Source of the DNA: a virus
Lineage: Duplodnaviria > Caudoviricetes
Length of the DNA stretch: 64,000 nt
Direction: 5' to 3' (one strand)
Virus record (IMG/VR): IMGVR_UViG_3300033463_000004
Coordinates: 128,001-192,000 of that record
The notes beneath the pieces were generated by a model. The model made no database searches and had not been told where the DNA came from. It saw nothing but the letters and a program-made list of their open reading frames with translations. Shown here piece after piece: positions 1-9,956 of the stretch; within the stretch, counting starts at the first letter, position 1, and every line of letters begins with the position of its first letter. A program made the position numbers and the translations under genes.

Positions 1-53
1 GAATTGGAAGTATTGATTGTCACATTCGATGCACCAATTTGTTCGTTAGCCAT
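1..53 (-). CDS. 5' end of a gene running off the window (MANEQIGASNVTINTSN...), probably virion structural
   Basis: ATG at 53-51 preceded by AAAGAGGGGG; overlaps the stop of the upstream 46..3105 gene; open to the window edge. Confidence 0.6.
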   Translation of the reverse strand, partial: MANEQIGASNVTINTSN

Positions 54-3000
54 TATTGTTCACCCCCTCTTTGGTTTGTTCAGCAGCCGCTTCAGATTTT
101 TGTTCAAGATTTCCTTGATTTACATTTTTACTTTGAGTCTGGTAATTATCAACAATCTGCTTATATGCTTGATAATATGTGTTGAAGAATTGATTTGTGA
201 TAGTATTCATGACATTCATTTGATATGTCTTTGCAACTTGTTGGAAAATTTTGAATAATGTTTCACAATTCTGTGAAACTGGTTTCGTGACACCATCAGC
301 TTCTTTTACAGCTTGTGTTTTTTGCATTGAAGCTTCTTCATTTTTACGAATCTTTTCAAGAACTTTCATGCCATCTTGAAGAGATTTTGTCATGGCTTTT
401 CCAGCTTCGTCAACAAGTCGTTGAGAATTTGTTAAATCACTCACCATATCTTTCCACATATTTGGTGCCAATGGACCAGTATATGATTTTATATGCTGAT
501 CAGGTGTTATATCGGAGAATAAAACATAATTACGAATTGCTTCAGCTTCTTTATTTTCATCATTTAATTCTGCAATAGCTTTAGCTGTATCATTATTACC
601 CGGATAAATTTTAGATTTGATTTCAATAACATTTATTTCTTTTGAAGGATCACGAGCATAATCATCAAGAATCTGTTGAACAGCATCTGTTTTACTCACA
701 ATATCTTTGAGAGGAATTTTATATAACGGGAAATTTGAAAATTGCGGATTGAATTGTTTATTCGTGATAGCTTGTTCAATTTGATCATTTATTTTTTGAT
801 GTTGAGTCACCCATGCTGCTTTTGCACCATTAATTTTTTGGAATAATGCAGGAATTTGAGAAAGTTTCTTTTGAATCCAATCTGAAAATTGGCGCATAAT
901 TGTTGTTAACTTATTTAATGCGCCGGTTTTTGGTGCAGTGTTCATGGTCTTTCCATTTGAATCAGCAAATGATACTGATGGTGGTGCCGGTTTTTCTCCA
1001 GCTTGTTCAGCCTCCATGTATACAAATGCTTCGCAATATGTATAACCAGGAATCATGGTGTCATTCATGTCATCGGAGTACGTAACAATCGTGCAGTGAT
1101 TGTTGTACAGCTTGATGACATTACGGGTGAAGCATTCACCGAGAACTGCAAGAATATCTTTGACAAGATCCTTGTTGTAACATGTCCACGGCTGTTCATT
1201 GATAATAGCCAACATAACACCGGTGATATTCAAGATGTTATTTGCAAGCTCTTCATTGGTTTTCAATGAGCAACCACAATACATCTTATGAAGCATTTTC
1301 AAAGTAACATAAATCGGATGACGATTTTCATTACCCATTGCATCCATACGATAATTGCCATCAAGGAAATTGTTGCCGTATGCAATCTTGTCAAGCCAGT
1401 TTACATCCGTAAGGAATCCAGCATGATCATAATCATAATCCGTATGACATGTTGTCGGACGGAAATATGGTTCAAACATTTGTAATGTTGACTGACAATT
1501 CATTCTGTTTGGAATTCGTTTCTCGGTAGCAGATTCAATCAGCATTGCATGAATCGGAGAACGTGAATCCTTCATCATGAAATGAAGTGCACTCTTTGTA
1601 TCTTTGAAGTTTGGTGTACAATCTTGCAGAACGATATTCCGCATATTGAAATCAAATGGAATACGAGAACGAATCATCATATCATTTGTTTTCACCAGAC
1701 AGAATTCAGATACATACTCAGAGAACGTTTTTGAATCTGCATCTTTTGCAAATTGCTTCAGTTTTGTTTTTACTGCAGCAGCGTCATACATTGTGCACGG
1801 ACCTTCATACAGTTTCACAAACTCGTTTGAATCCATGCTTTCCAATGATTTGAACATGTCATCCGGAGAAGGTGAATTCTTATCAGAGATTTTACCGATA
1901 AACTCTGCAATGATTGAATTCACAAATGCAGAACAAATCTTCTTGTTGTTATCCACACTTTCTTCGGCATTATCATTGAATGCTTTCTTCACAAGCAAAC
2001 CAAGATCATATTTTGTTTTACCAGAATCAATACGATCGTTGATTGCTTGCTTCATATCTTTGACGGTTTTATTTGGAGCATAGAATCCATAAATACAAAC
2101 TTCACCAGCAATGTTATTCAACATCTTAATGGATTCACGACGAAGTCCTTGTGATGCCGGAGCATATTCAGTTGTCGCAAATGTATACGAATACAAATGT
2201 TCCATGTCTTCGTCAAATGAAATTGCTGCATGTGACCATTTAGAATGTGTAAATTTCTTAATGGTGTTTGAAACAATATTTGTTCCAGAAATCAGTACAA
2301 CAAACACAGGTTTATTTCCACGAGTAGAAACACTTTCCTGTGTAACAGTTGATGACTTATCCTTTCGCAGATATGTGGACATTGGTTCACAATATCCAAT
2401 CATCTGTGTCAACATGCAAGTATTCAAACCAACTGTGAACAGAATAAAGGTTTCAATGTATGTCATAACGGTATCACAGTTACAGCACACAAAACTTGCA
2501 TATGAAGGATCAGTCATAGCTTTCTTGATAATGGTTGGAAGATTCTTTACAACCGCTTTCATGGTTGCGCCGAAATGCATGCTATTAATTTTGTCATAAT
2601 CAGACTTTGCATCTTTTGCACGTTTTTCCATTTCAAATTTAGAATACACACATCTATCAAAGAATGTATTCTCTGTTTGAACCAGGAGATCCATCAGAGT
2701 TTCATTTCTTGGATCAGAATATGTACCCTTTGCAAAGATATTATCCGGTTCGATATTCTTTCCGGTGTTCTTTGCAATAAAACATTTTGCCATTTCAACA
2801 GAAAACTTTTCCAGATCAGCAATATCACATTTGATCAGTTTCATGTTGATTGCTTTGAACATATTCGAAATATATTCCGAAATATCGTTCGGGGTAATGT
2901 ACCGCATATCATAGCAGCAATTGCAGATGCCATACTCATCCGTGAATCCTTTACCACTAACCAATGATTGAAGTTGGTCGAGTGCTTCATCATATGATTT

Positions 3001-3105
3001 GATTGCTTTATCAAATGATGCATGGAATTCAGGAGAGAATTCAACAACTGGTTTTCCGTCGGACTTGTTGTAATCAACAACTGCCGTTGTCTTACTATCA
3101 GCCAT
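46..3105 (-). CDS. Large probable internal head protein containing a permuted papain-like (YiiX/YebB-type NlpC/P60) domain
   Basis: His-before-Cys permuted motifs 'IKKFTHSKWSHAAISFD' ... 'YD' ... 'KKICSAFV' ... 'SPSPDD'; TQES/YMEA putative cleavage sites; late-type promoter at 3161-3173; start moved to ATG 3105 for RBS spacing. Confidence 0.65.
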   Translation of the reverse strand: MADSKTTAVVDYNKSDGKPVVEFSPEFHASFDKAIKSYDEALDQLQSLVSGKGFTDEYGICNCCYDMRYITPNDISEYISNMFKAINMKLIKCDIADLEKFSVEMAKCFIAKNTGKNIEPDNIFAKGTYSDPRNETLMDLLVQTENTFFDRCVYSKFEMEKRAKDAKSDYDKINSMHFGATMKAVVKNLPTIIKKAMTDPSYASFVCCNCDTVMTYIETFILFTVGLNTCMLTQMIGYCEPMSTYLRKDKSSTVTQESVSTRGNKPVFVVLISGTNIVSNTIKKFTHSKWSHAAISFDEDMEHLYSYTFATTEYAPASQGLRRESIKMLNNIAGEVCIYGFYAPNKTVKDMKQAINDRIDSGKTKYDLGLLVKKAFNDNAEESVDNNKKICSAFVNSIIAEFIGKISDKNSPSPDDMFKSLESMDSNEFVKLYEGPCTMYDAAAVKTKLKQFAKDADSKTFSEYVSEFCLVKTNDMMIRSRIPFDFNMRNIVLQDCTPNFKDTKSALHFMMKDSRSPIHAMLIESATEKRIPNRMNCQSTLQMFEPYFRPTTCHTDYDYDHAGFLTDVNWLDKIAYGNNFLDGNYRMDAMGNENRHPIYVTLKMLHKMYCGCSLKTNEELANNILNITGVMLAIINEQPWTCYNKDLVKDILAVLGECFTRNVIKLYNNHCTIVTYSDDMNDTMIPGYTYCEAFVYMEAEQAGEKPAPPSVSFADSNGKTMNTAPKTGALNKLTTIMRQFSDWIQKKLSQIPALFQKINGAKAAWVTQHQKINDQIEQAITNKQFNPQFSNFPLYKIPLKDIVSKTDAVQQILDDYARDPSKEINVIEIKSKIYPGNNDTAKAIAELNDENKEAEAIRNYVLFSDITPDQHIKSYTGPLAPNMWKDMVSDLTNSQRLVDEAGKAMTKSLQDGMKVLEKIRKNEEASMQKTQAVKEADGVTKPVSQNCETLFKIFQQVAKTYQMNVMNTITNQFFNTYYQAYKQIVDNYQTQSKNVNQGNLEQKSEAAAEQTKEGVNNNG

Positions 3106-3160
3106 GTTCATTCTCCTTTACATAAAATTTGAGTAAAAACTCTCTTAACACAGAGAGGTT

Positions 3161-3173
3161 TAACTCTTCGTTT
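3161..3173 (-). promoter_or_regulatory. Late-type promoter AAACG-N6-TA
   Basis: AAACG AAGAGT TAA on the minus strand; same pattern found upstream of five other virion-type genes. Confidence 0.6.
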
Positions 3174-3446
3174 TCATACAATATAAATGGTATTTTTCTT
3201 TTAGAAATTTTTTTAAATTTTGAAATATATAATCATTCCGATGAATGATTTCATATCATTTATTTCAAGTATGTACTTGGAAATTCATACGTCATTATAC
3301 TTGGGATTATTTTCAAAATTTAAGTATTAAATTAAGAACTCCCTAAAATGAATACTATATAAAGAATATAATAAATGAGATTGACAAAAATTTAATCTAT
3401 TTCCAATAGATTCTCTCATTCAATAGAAAGGAGGTTGCTTTTAATT

Positions 3447-4190
3447 ATGCGCAACACACGTTGTCCTTTTTGTGGAAAAATATATAATGACAAACATAAA
3501 TTTTGTAATCATATTGCAATGCAACATAATGAACAAATTCCAGAAGATCAACAACCTTTAGAATTTGCATATTCATTATTAGTACATAAACCAACAGGAA
3601 GAGTTTGTGTAATATGCAGAAAAAATCCTGTTCGATTCAATAACGAGACATTGAAATACGATAGACTGTGTGACAATCCTGCATGTAAAGATGAATATGT
3701 CAAAATTATGAAAGCCCGTATGGTAAAAGTACACGGACAAGAACATCTTCTCAATGATGCAGACATGCAACGAAAAATGATTTATAATCATCACAATGCA
3801 AAAGATTTTATTTGGGATGATGAACATAAATTCAGAATCATTGGAACATACGAAGAAGATTTCTTACGAAAGATGAAATCAATTGGTTGGTCTCCAAATG
3901 ATATTATTGCTCCATCTCCAAATAATTATTGGTACAAATGGAAAGATGGTACCACACATTTGTATATCCCTGATTTCTATATTCCTTCTCTATCATTGGA
4001 AGTTGAAATCAAAGAATCGGATAATCAACATCCAAGAATGGAACATGAGCGCGAAATGGAAGCGCTCAAGGATAAACGTCTTGCTGCTGAAGAGAAGACG
4101 ACGAATATCCATTACATCAAGATCGTTGACAAAAAATACGATGAATTCATGCGAGACTATGTTAAGTCTGATGAAAATAAACCAGATTGA
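3447..4190 (+). CDS. C2H2 Zn-finger plus PD-(D/E)XK nuclease (TnsA/head-completion-nuclease-like)
   Basis: CPFC..H...H finger, CxxC...C4 cluster, 'YIPDFYIPSLSLEVEIKE'; RBS AAGGAGG at 3428-3434. Confidence 0.65.
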   Translation: MRNTRCPFCGKIYNDKHKFCNHIAMQHNEQIPEDQQPLEFAYSLLVHKPTGRVCVICRKNPVRFNNETLKYDRLCDNPACKDEYVKIMKARMVKVHGQEHLLNDADMQRKMIYNHHNAKDFIWDDEHKFRIIGTYEEDFLRKMKSIGWSPNDIIAPSPNNYWYKWKDGTTHLYIPDFYIPSLSLEVEIKESDNQHPRMEHEREMEALKDKRLAAEEKTTNIHYIKIVDKKYDEFMRDYVKSDENKPD

Positions 4191-4201
4191 GGTGAATATA
4201 A

Positions 4202-5605
4202 ATGGAAGGATTACTCCAATACATTGATCAGATCGATCAATCGGTTGCAGATGCTGAAATCAATGTCATCGAATCATTGATTCAATCATATGATAAGTCA
4301 ATTACGATCATCACAGAGGCGTCTGATGATACAGACTTTTCTGCTTTCGATATCTTCCAGGAAGGTGAAAAATGGGATAAGTTCAAGGAAGATACAAAAG
4401 CTCCTATGTTTGGTAAAAAGGGCGAAGGTCTTATCAAACGAATACTGATGATTCTCCCGCGATTGATACAGAAGTTTGTGGCATTAATCCGCAGGCTTGT
4501 ATCAAGAAATAAAAGTTTCGAACAAAAAATGGATAAAGATATACAACAAATGAAGCAGCAAGCAACCACCGTTGTGGCAGAGCCTATTACTGATGAACAG
4601 GCTAAAATTATTGCCACCCGTGCAAAGGAACTTGAAAAGAAAAAACATGAAGAAATGCAAGCGGCTTATGATAAGTCTGCGGAAGAAGTTAAGCAGTCCA
4701 GCAGAGATTTGGAAGCAACAAAGAATCGTACGATGGATAGCATCTCCGCACGACACGCCGCATTCTGGCAATCATATGACGAGCTGATGAAATCATTGTA
4801 CGGCTCCGATGTACCAACACATTCTGAAACTATGCAAAGTATCAACAACATCGCAGATTCTATTCAGAAGATCGACAAAAAGAATCCGGGGTTTGCCGAT
4901 CAAGTTCTCGAGGAATTGGGAGCCCCGCCTCGTAAAAAGACAAAGCTCGAAGATACAGAAATTACAGTCAGAAATACGACATTCTTTGGTGCTGGTTACA
5001 GCGTACCAGAAACGACTGTATATGACGAAGATAACATAGGGGATCCTGTCGGAATGTGGAAATCATCGATTCCAGACGTGGTATCAAGAGATGCTTCCCT
5101 TGAGGAAATCAATAAATATAATAGAACGCTGATCATTGTACGTGACGAGTATAACAGACGAAATGAGAACTTCTTTCAGCAGCGGGGTACTCGACTCTTC
5201 AAAGTGAAATATAGCGAAGCATTGCATGTGTTTGAAGAGATGAAGCGTAAATTCGAGGAAAGCGTTGTTTCAAACAAAAATCTTATCTCGGTACTTGAAT
5301 CAAACGCGAAATGGCTGAGTGACCAGTGTGAAAGATTATCCGGCGAAGCAAATATGCGTGCTATAGAAATAGCTCAACGTGATAAAACATCTGTTGATAA
5401 TGTAAAAAATACTGACGCTGAGACAAAAGATAAACTTGAGAGAGCCAAAGCATTGCAACGCTCAACATCCTTACTCACTCAAATAGTATCACTCATTACA
5501 AACTTAATCGCTAATAAGGAAAATGAGTGGAATATAAACTACAAAGTTGTGAAGTCACACCTTGAGGCAATGACACCTTCTACAGTAGCGGATATCGATT
5601 TGTAA
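4202..5605 (+). CDS. Probable internal head protein (acidic propeptide plus coiled coil)
   Basis: Acidic N-terminus ending at 'IFQE|G', followed by a basic amphipathic helix (LIKRILMILPRLIQKFVALIRRL), a layout typical of phiKZ-type processed head proteins. Confidence 0.5.
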   Translation: MEGLLQYIDQIDQSVADAEINVIESLIQSYDKSITIITEASDDTDFSAFDIFQEGEKWDKFKEDTKAPMFGKKGEGLIKRILMILPRLIQKFVALIRRLVSRNKSFEQKMDKDIQQMKQQATTVVAEPITDEQAKIIATRAKELEKKKHEEMQAAYDKSAEEVKQSSRDLEATKNRTMDSISARHAAFWQSYDELMKSLYGSDVPTHSETMQSINNIADSIQKIDKKNPGFADQVLEELGAPPRKKTKLEDTEITVRNTTFFGAGYSVPETTVYDEDNIGDPVGMWKSSIPDVVSRDASLEEINKYNRTLIIVRDEYNRRNENFFQQRGTRLFKVKYSEALHVFEEMKRKFEESVVSNKNLISVLESNAKWLSDQCERLSGEANMRAIEIAQRDKTSVDNVKNTDAETKDKLERAKALQRSTSLLTQIVSLITNLIANKENEWNINYKVVKSHLEAMTPSTVADIDL

Positions 5606-5620
5606 AGGAGGAGAGTATAA

Positions 5621-5761
5621 ATGGCAAAACCTAGAAAAACTGAAAATCCGGATGAAATCTTAAAGTGGATTAATCCGGACATGGATGAAGAAACCTCTAA
5701 CGGTAAAGACGAAGATGAACTGGATTTGCCAGAAGAAAAGAAGGAGGATGAATCATCATGA
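5621..5761 (+). CDS. 46-aa acidic peptide translationally coupled to the endolysin (missing from the ORF track)
   Basis: RBS AAGGAGG at ~5605-5611; MAKPRKTENPDEILKWINPDMDEETSNGKDEDELDLPEEKKEDESS*; ATGA overlap with 5758. Confidence 0.65.
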   Translation: MAKPRKTENPDEILKWINPDMDEETSNGKDEDELDLPEEKKEDESS

Positions 5762-7608
5762 GTAACTTCACAAATTCCCCGTTAGTATCGTATACAAGAA
5801 TTTCTCCTAACAGAAATTCTCCACGTACTGAAGACAAGATCACGAAGATCATTATTCACCATATGGCAGGTGTTGCATCCGTTGAATCATTTGGTGAATT
5901 GGTTGCAAATCCTCAACGTGAGATGTCAGCAAACTATGCAATCGGCAATGATGGACGCATTGGTCTTTACTGTGAAGAAAAAGATAGATGTTGGTGTTCA
6001 TCTTCCAGATGGGCAGACAATCGTGGAATCGCGATTGAAGTATCAAATTCCAAACTCGGTGAACCATGGCCAATATCCAAGAAGGCATGGGATTCTATGA
6101 TCAATCTGTGTGCAGACATCTGTAAACGTAATGGTATTCCAAAGATGACATATACCGGAGACAAAGACGGTGTATTGTGTTTCCATCGTTGGTTTGCTGC
6201 GACAGGTTGTGTTCCGATTGATACTACTGAAGTATTGACACCAACTGGATGGGTTCCGATCCGAGATATCAAAGTTGGTGATGTAATTGCAACTGTGAAT
6301 CCGCGTGATTTTTCAATTAAATTTGATACAGTTGAAAATATGACTCCAGTTCATAAAGACACTGTATTCAAATTGAATGGAATGGATATCACGCGTGAGC
6401 ATCGTGTATTATATACATCAAATGATATCATTGGGTACAAACTTGATGAATATCAAAAGATTTGTAATCAAGCATTCACAGTACCAACTGCTGGAACATA
6501 TGAAACATCCGGAATGGATATCACATCTTCGGAAATGGTATTTCTTCTTGAGATACAACGTGTCGGTTCATATGATGAAAAGAATAAATATATCGAATTC
6601 CATTATATATCCGAACAGAAAGTTGGATATATGGATGGTCTCTTGAAGAATCTTGGATACAAATATGCAAGAGAACAAGAAGATCTGGGTCCTGTGAAAT
6701 TCACAATTACAGATCCTCGTGCATGGTCGCTTTGTAAAACTTATCTGTCTGGAATAGATTTCAACTGGAAATGGTTGAAGATGAATCCAACACAATTCTC
6801 ATACTTTATTTACAAAGCAACATCGCATGTCGATACTGGTTGGACACGCCGTTATGTGTCTGAATCTATTGTAAACATTGACATCGTTCAAGCATTGTGT
6901 GCTCTGAATGAACGGGGATCTCATTACATTCCTGAGGAAAATGCGTTGTATGTCAACGATGCATATAGAATGATTCACACTCATAATGTGAAAACACAAG
7001 AAGATGTTGATGTTGCTTGTGTCACTGTGAAAAGCGGATGCTTCCTGATGCGTCAATGTGGTACAACAACATTGACAGGCAACTGTCCTGGTGAATATAT
7101 TTATTCTCGAGCACAACAGATCTGTGATGAAGTCAATGCAAAGCTTGCTAAGATGAAAGATGATGCAAAACCTGAACCTGTTGTTGAACCCCAGAAACCT
7201 GCAGATGAGGTAAAACCATCACCATCAACAGCAATTGTTCCATATCTGAAAAGAATTGAACAAGGTACACGTGTGTACAACATTGATACATTAACTTCAG
7301 GACGAGTTGTTCCGATGACATCAGTATACACGATAGTCGAGGAAAGAATTGTCAATGGTACAAAATATGGAAAAATGAAGTCTGGTATTGGTTGGATTAT
7401 ACTCGAAACCAATATTGCAACCAGTAATCAGTTTTTCCCTGGTGATACTGTAGCACCTATTCAACCGATAACATATGATGGAAAAGCATTTGTTATCTAT
7501 GAGAAATCATATAAAGTTCTTCGAGTGAATGGAGATCGTGTCGTAATCTCTTCTGATGGTGTGAATGTCACTGCTGCCGTCAGAGCTTCTAATTTAATGA
7601 AACTTTAA
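5758..7608 (+). CDS. Endolysin: N-acetylmuramoyl-L-alanine amidase (Amidase_2) with an intein and C-terminal SH3-like cell-wall-binding domains
   Basis: 'KIIIHHMAG', 'SANYAIG', 'IAIEVSN', 'HRWFAATG/CPG'; C-terminal 'YTIVEE..YGKMKSGIGWI' and 'VNGDRVVI..VTAAV'. Confidence 0.9.
   Translation: MSNFTNSPLVSYTRISPNRNSPRTEDKITKIIIHHMAGVASVESFGELVANPQREMSANYAIGNDGRIGLYCEEKDRCWCSSSRWADNRGIAIEVSNSKLGEPWPISKKAWDSMINLCADICKRNGIPKMTYTGDKDGVLCFHRWFAATGCVPIDTTEVLTPTGWVPIRDIKVGDVIATVNPRDFSIKFDTVENMTPVHKDTVFKLNGMDITREHRVLYTSNDIIGYKLDEYQKICNQAFTVPTAGTYETSGMDITSSEMVFLLEIQRVGSYDEKNKYIEFHYISEQKVGYMDGLLKNLGYKYAREQEDLGPVKFTITDPRAWSLCKTYLSGIDFNWKWLKMNPTQFSYFIYKATSHVDTGWTRRYVSESIVNIDIVQALCALNERGSHYIPEENALYVNDAYRMIHTHNVKTQEDVDVACVTVKSGCFLMRQCGTTTLTGNCPGEYIYSRAQQICDEVNAKLAKMKDDAKPEPVVEPQKPADEVKPSPSTAIVPYLKRIEQGTRVYNIDTLTSGRVVPMTSVYTIVEERIVNGTKYGKMKSGIGWIILETNIATSNQFFPGDTVAPIQPITYDGKAFVIYEKSYKVLRVNGDRVVISSDGVNVTAAVRASNLMKL
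6208..7083 (+). mobile_element. Intein (292 aa) with a degenerate LAGLIDADG-like core, inserted directly before the amidase Zn-ligand Cys
   Basis: N-terminus CVPIDTTEVLTPTGWVPIRDIKVGD; block B 'ITREHRV'; C-terminus 'VACVTV...TLTGN|C'; removal restores HRWFAATG-CPGEY. Confidence 0.9.
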
Positions 7609-7613
7609 CAAAA

Positions 7614-7645
7614 AAAATGAGTGGGGCAAATGCCCCACTCATTTT
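7614..7645. terminator. Bidirectional intrinsic terminator
   Basis: AAAATGAGTGGGGC-AAAT-GCCCCACTCATTTT between convergent genes. Confidence 0.85.
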
Positions 7646-7922
7646 AATTCTTATATGACAATTCTGTCACGTCACCATCTTTGATGACGCGAATTGTAAT
7701 ATGACACATTCCGTTTGAAGAATGATCAAACATAGTATACCATCCGATGAGAATGGTATCCATTTCATCATGATCGACAGCCATTGTTCGACCGCCATGG
7801 GTATATATCCATATACCCTCACACAACTCCAGTACTTCTGTATCTGTACCGTACTGGAAAGAAATTTTGTCACCCGGGATTGTAAAAGTGCATCCCAGGA
7901 TGACTACCGGAATTTTTTCCAT
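7644..7922 (-). CDS. Early hypothetical protein
   Basis: RBS AGAAAGGAG before ATG 7922 (MEKIPVV); early-type promoter at 7977-7985. Confidence 0.65.
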   Translation of the reverse strand: MEKIPVVILGCTFTIPGDKISFQYGTDTEVLELCEGIWIYTHGGRTMAVDHDEMDTILIGWYTMFDHSSNGMCHITIRVIKDGDVTELSYKN

Positions 7923-7976
7923 ATTAGTCTTCTCCTTTCTATATTGAGACATTTGAATGTCTCTTTATTCCATAAG

Positions 7977-7985
7977 AATAATATA
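7977..7985 (-). promoter_or_regulatory. Early-type promoter TATATTATT
   Basis: Motif followed by the hairpin GAGACAT-TCAA-ATGTCTC and then the RBS. Confidence 0.6.
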
Positions 7986-8103
7986 CATATGAAATCTGTG
8001 AAAATATTCCTATTTACATACACATATTATTTGCTCGATGAGCCCGGGACTATCTAACAATCCAATTTGGGTTTATCAGAAATAAGAAAGTGAGGAATTA
8101 TTC

Positions 8104-9936
8104 ATGGCTGAAATGATAAGATCGAATCCACCGAAACCATTGACATATTCGGCGGATTCAGTGTTATTTGATGTTCGGTATTATCGTCAATCCGGACAAA
8201 ATAAAGAATGCTTTGAAGTCATCACATGGAATCCAATTACACGTCAATTGGAAGTAAATTATGAAGAACCAATTATTGATATCTGGTTTTTGAAACCGGA
8301 ATTCAGGAATAATACATATCAGATTGCTCAAGTTAATATGGATTTATGTTATCCATTCTACTGTAAGCCATCACAAATCGCCCGAGTCATTGCACAAGAA
8401 ATTGGTGGTGATTGGGCAGATTGGTATAATACATATAAAGATCAATATGAGAAAAATGATATTACACGTCATATGTGTGAATGTCCATGGGTATTTACAG
8501 CAGACTTTGAACCAACGGTATATTTCAGATTAAGATGGTTTGAGCAATATGGAAAAACAATTGACTTGACAAAAGTATCTACAGCACAACTTGATATTGA
8601 GACTGATGTTATTGATAGACCAGCTGATCCGAAAGATATTAACAATTCTCCGAATCCGATCAATGCGGTCTCATTGATTCTTCCACATGTTAAGATTGCT
8701 GTATTGTTTGCATTGGGTCCACGTCCACGACATAAGATTGATCAAAAGTTCTGGCCATATCTTGAAATGCAAGAAAAAGAATATGAATGGTTAATTAATC
8801 ATCAAAATGAATTCAAACGAATGATGTTAGAAGATGATGAAGATAACAAGAAATGGTTGGAAGGATTTGATATCCGTTTACATATATATGAATATGATGA
8901 TGAAATAAAATTGATCAAAACTGTATTTGATTATATCAATAAATATAGACCGATGTTCTTAGAATCATGGAATGCAAAGTTTGACCATCCGAAGATGTGG
9001 CATCGAATTGAATATCTTGGGTATGATCCGAAAGACATCATGATTCCAAAGGATTTTAAGACAGGTCGTATTTATTATCAAGAAGATCAATCTGGTAACT
9101 TCCAAATGAAGAATTCTCGAGATTGGTTTCATACATCGACATATTCTGTGTATATATGTCAAATGAGATTGTTCGCGGCAATACGTAAATCACAACAAGA
9201 ACGTAGATCATATGCATTGAATTCTGTTGGTAAGGATATGTGTGGTATTGTAAAATTAACAGATTCTAAAAGTGGTTCTTTCCGTACGTTTGCATATACA
9301 GATTACATCAAATTCTTGTTATATAACTTTCGTGATACTGTTGTTCAATATGCAATTGAACATACGACAAATGATTGTCGTACATTGGTTTCACGTTCAT
9401 TCAATTTTGCGACGATATATCCAAAGTGTTTCCAAGAAACTCATATCGTTCGTAATGCACGTGAATATTATTATCGCAAATTTTCAAATACAACACAAGC
9501 GTGTAGATTATTGGTCGATAAAGATCGAGATACTTCATTCAAAGGTGCATTTGTTGCACCGCCAGAAAAGAATGCACCAACTGGATTATTGTTAAATGGT
9601 AAGAATCATAATAACATCATATTCGGTGCATTGGATGCGGATGCTGCATCATATTACCCATCAACAAAGATGGGTATGAATATGGATCCAATGTCATTGT
9701 TGTACAAATGCATCATATCAAATGACAATTTCCAAAATGGCAATTGTATGAATCATTCATTATGTCAAGAATACATTTGGAAAGATTCTAAGAATAATCC
9801 ACATCCAGAAGATATGGCTGGACCGATTATCAATGCATTTAAGAATAAGAATGTTTGTTCATTAATGAATAACTGGTTTGCTTTACCAACCATGACCGAA
9901 TACTTTGAGTATTTGGATATGTGCGATACAAAATAA
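8104..9936 (+). CDS. Split family-B DNA polymerase, N-terminal subunit (3'-5' exonuclease plus motif A)
   Basis: ExoI LDIET, ExoII WNAKFD, ExoIII YNFRD, 'FKGAFV', motif A DADAASYYPS; motifs B and C absent; CATATTATT at 8023-8031 upstream. Confidence 0.85.
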   Translation: MAEMIRSNPPKPLTYSADSVLFDVRYYRQSGQNKECFEVITWNPITRQLEVNYEEPIIDIWFLKPEFRNNTYQIAQVNMDLCYPFYCKPSQIARVIAQEIGGDWADWYNTYKDQYEKNDITRHMCECPWVFTADFEPTVYFRLRWFEQYGKTIDLTKVSTAQLDIETDVIDRPADPKDINNSPNPINAVSLILPHVKIAVLFALGPRPRHKIDQKFWPYLEMQEKEYEWLINHQNEFKRMMLEDDEDNKKWLEGFDIRLHIYEYDDEIKLIKTVFDYINKYRPMFLESWNAKFDHPKMWHRIEYLGYDPKDIMIPKDFKTGRIYYQEDQSGNFQMKNSRDWFHTSTYSVYICQMRLFAAIRKSQQERRSYALNSVGKDMCGIVKLTDSKSGSFRTFAYTDYIKFLLYNFRDTVVQYAIEHTTNDCRTLVSRSFNFATIYPKCFQETHIVRNAREYYYRKFSNTTQACRLLVDKDRDTSFKGAFVAPPEKNAPTGLLLNGKNHNNIIFGALDADAASYYPSTKMGMNMDPMSLLYKCIISNDNFQNGNCMNHSLCQEYIWKDSKNNPHPEDMAGPIINAFKNKNVCSLMNNWFALPTMTEYFEYLDMCDTK

Positions 9937-9956
9937 AGAAAGAAGGATTGTATATC

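Noticed and set aside
8104-9936. Truncated polymerase pseudogene or split intein
   Set aside because: The complementary half is intact at 58365..60293 and neither end shows intein motifs.
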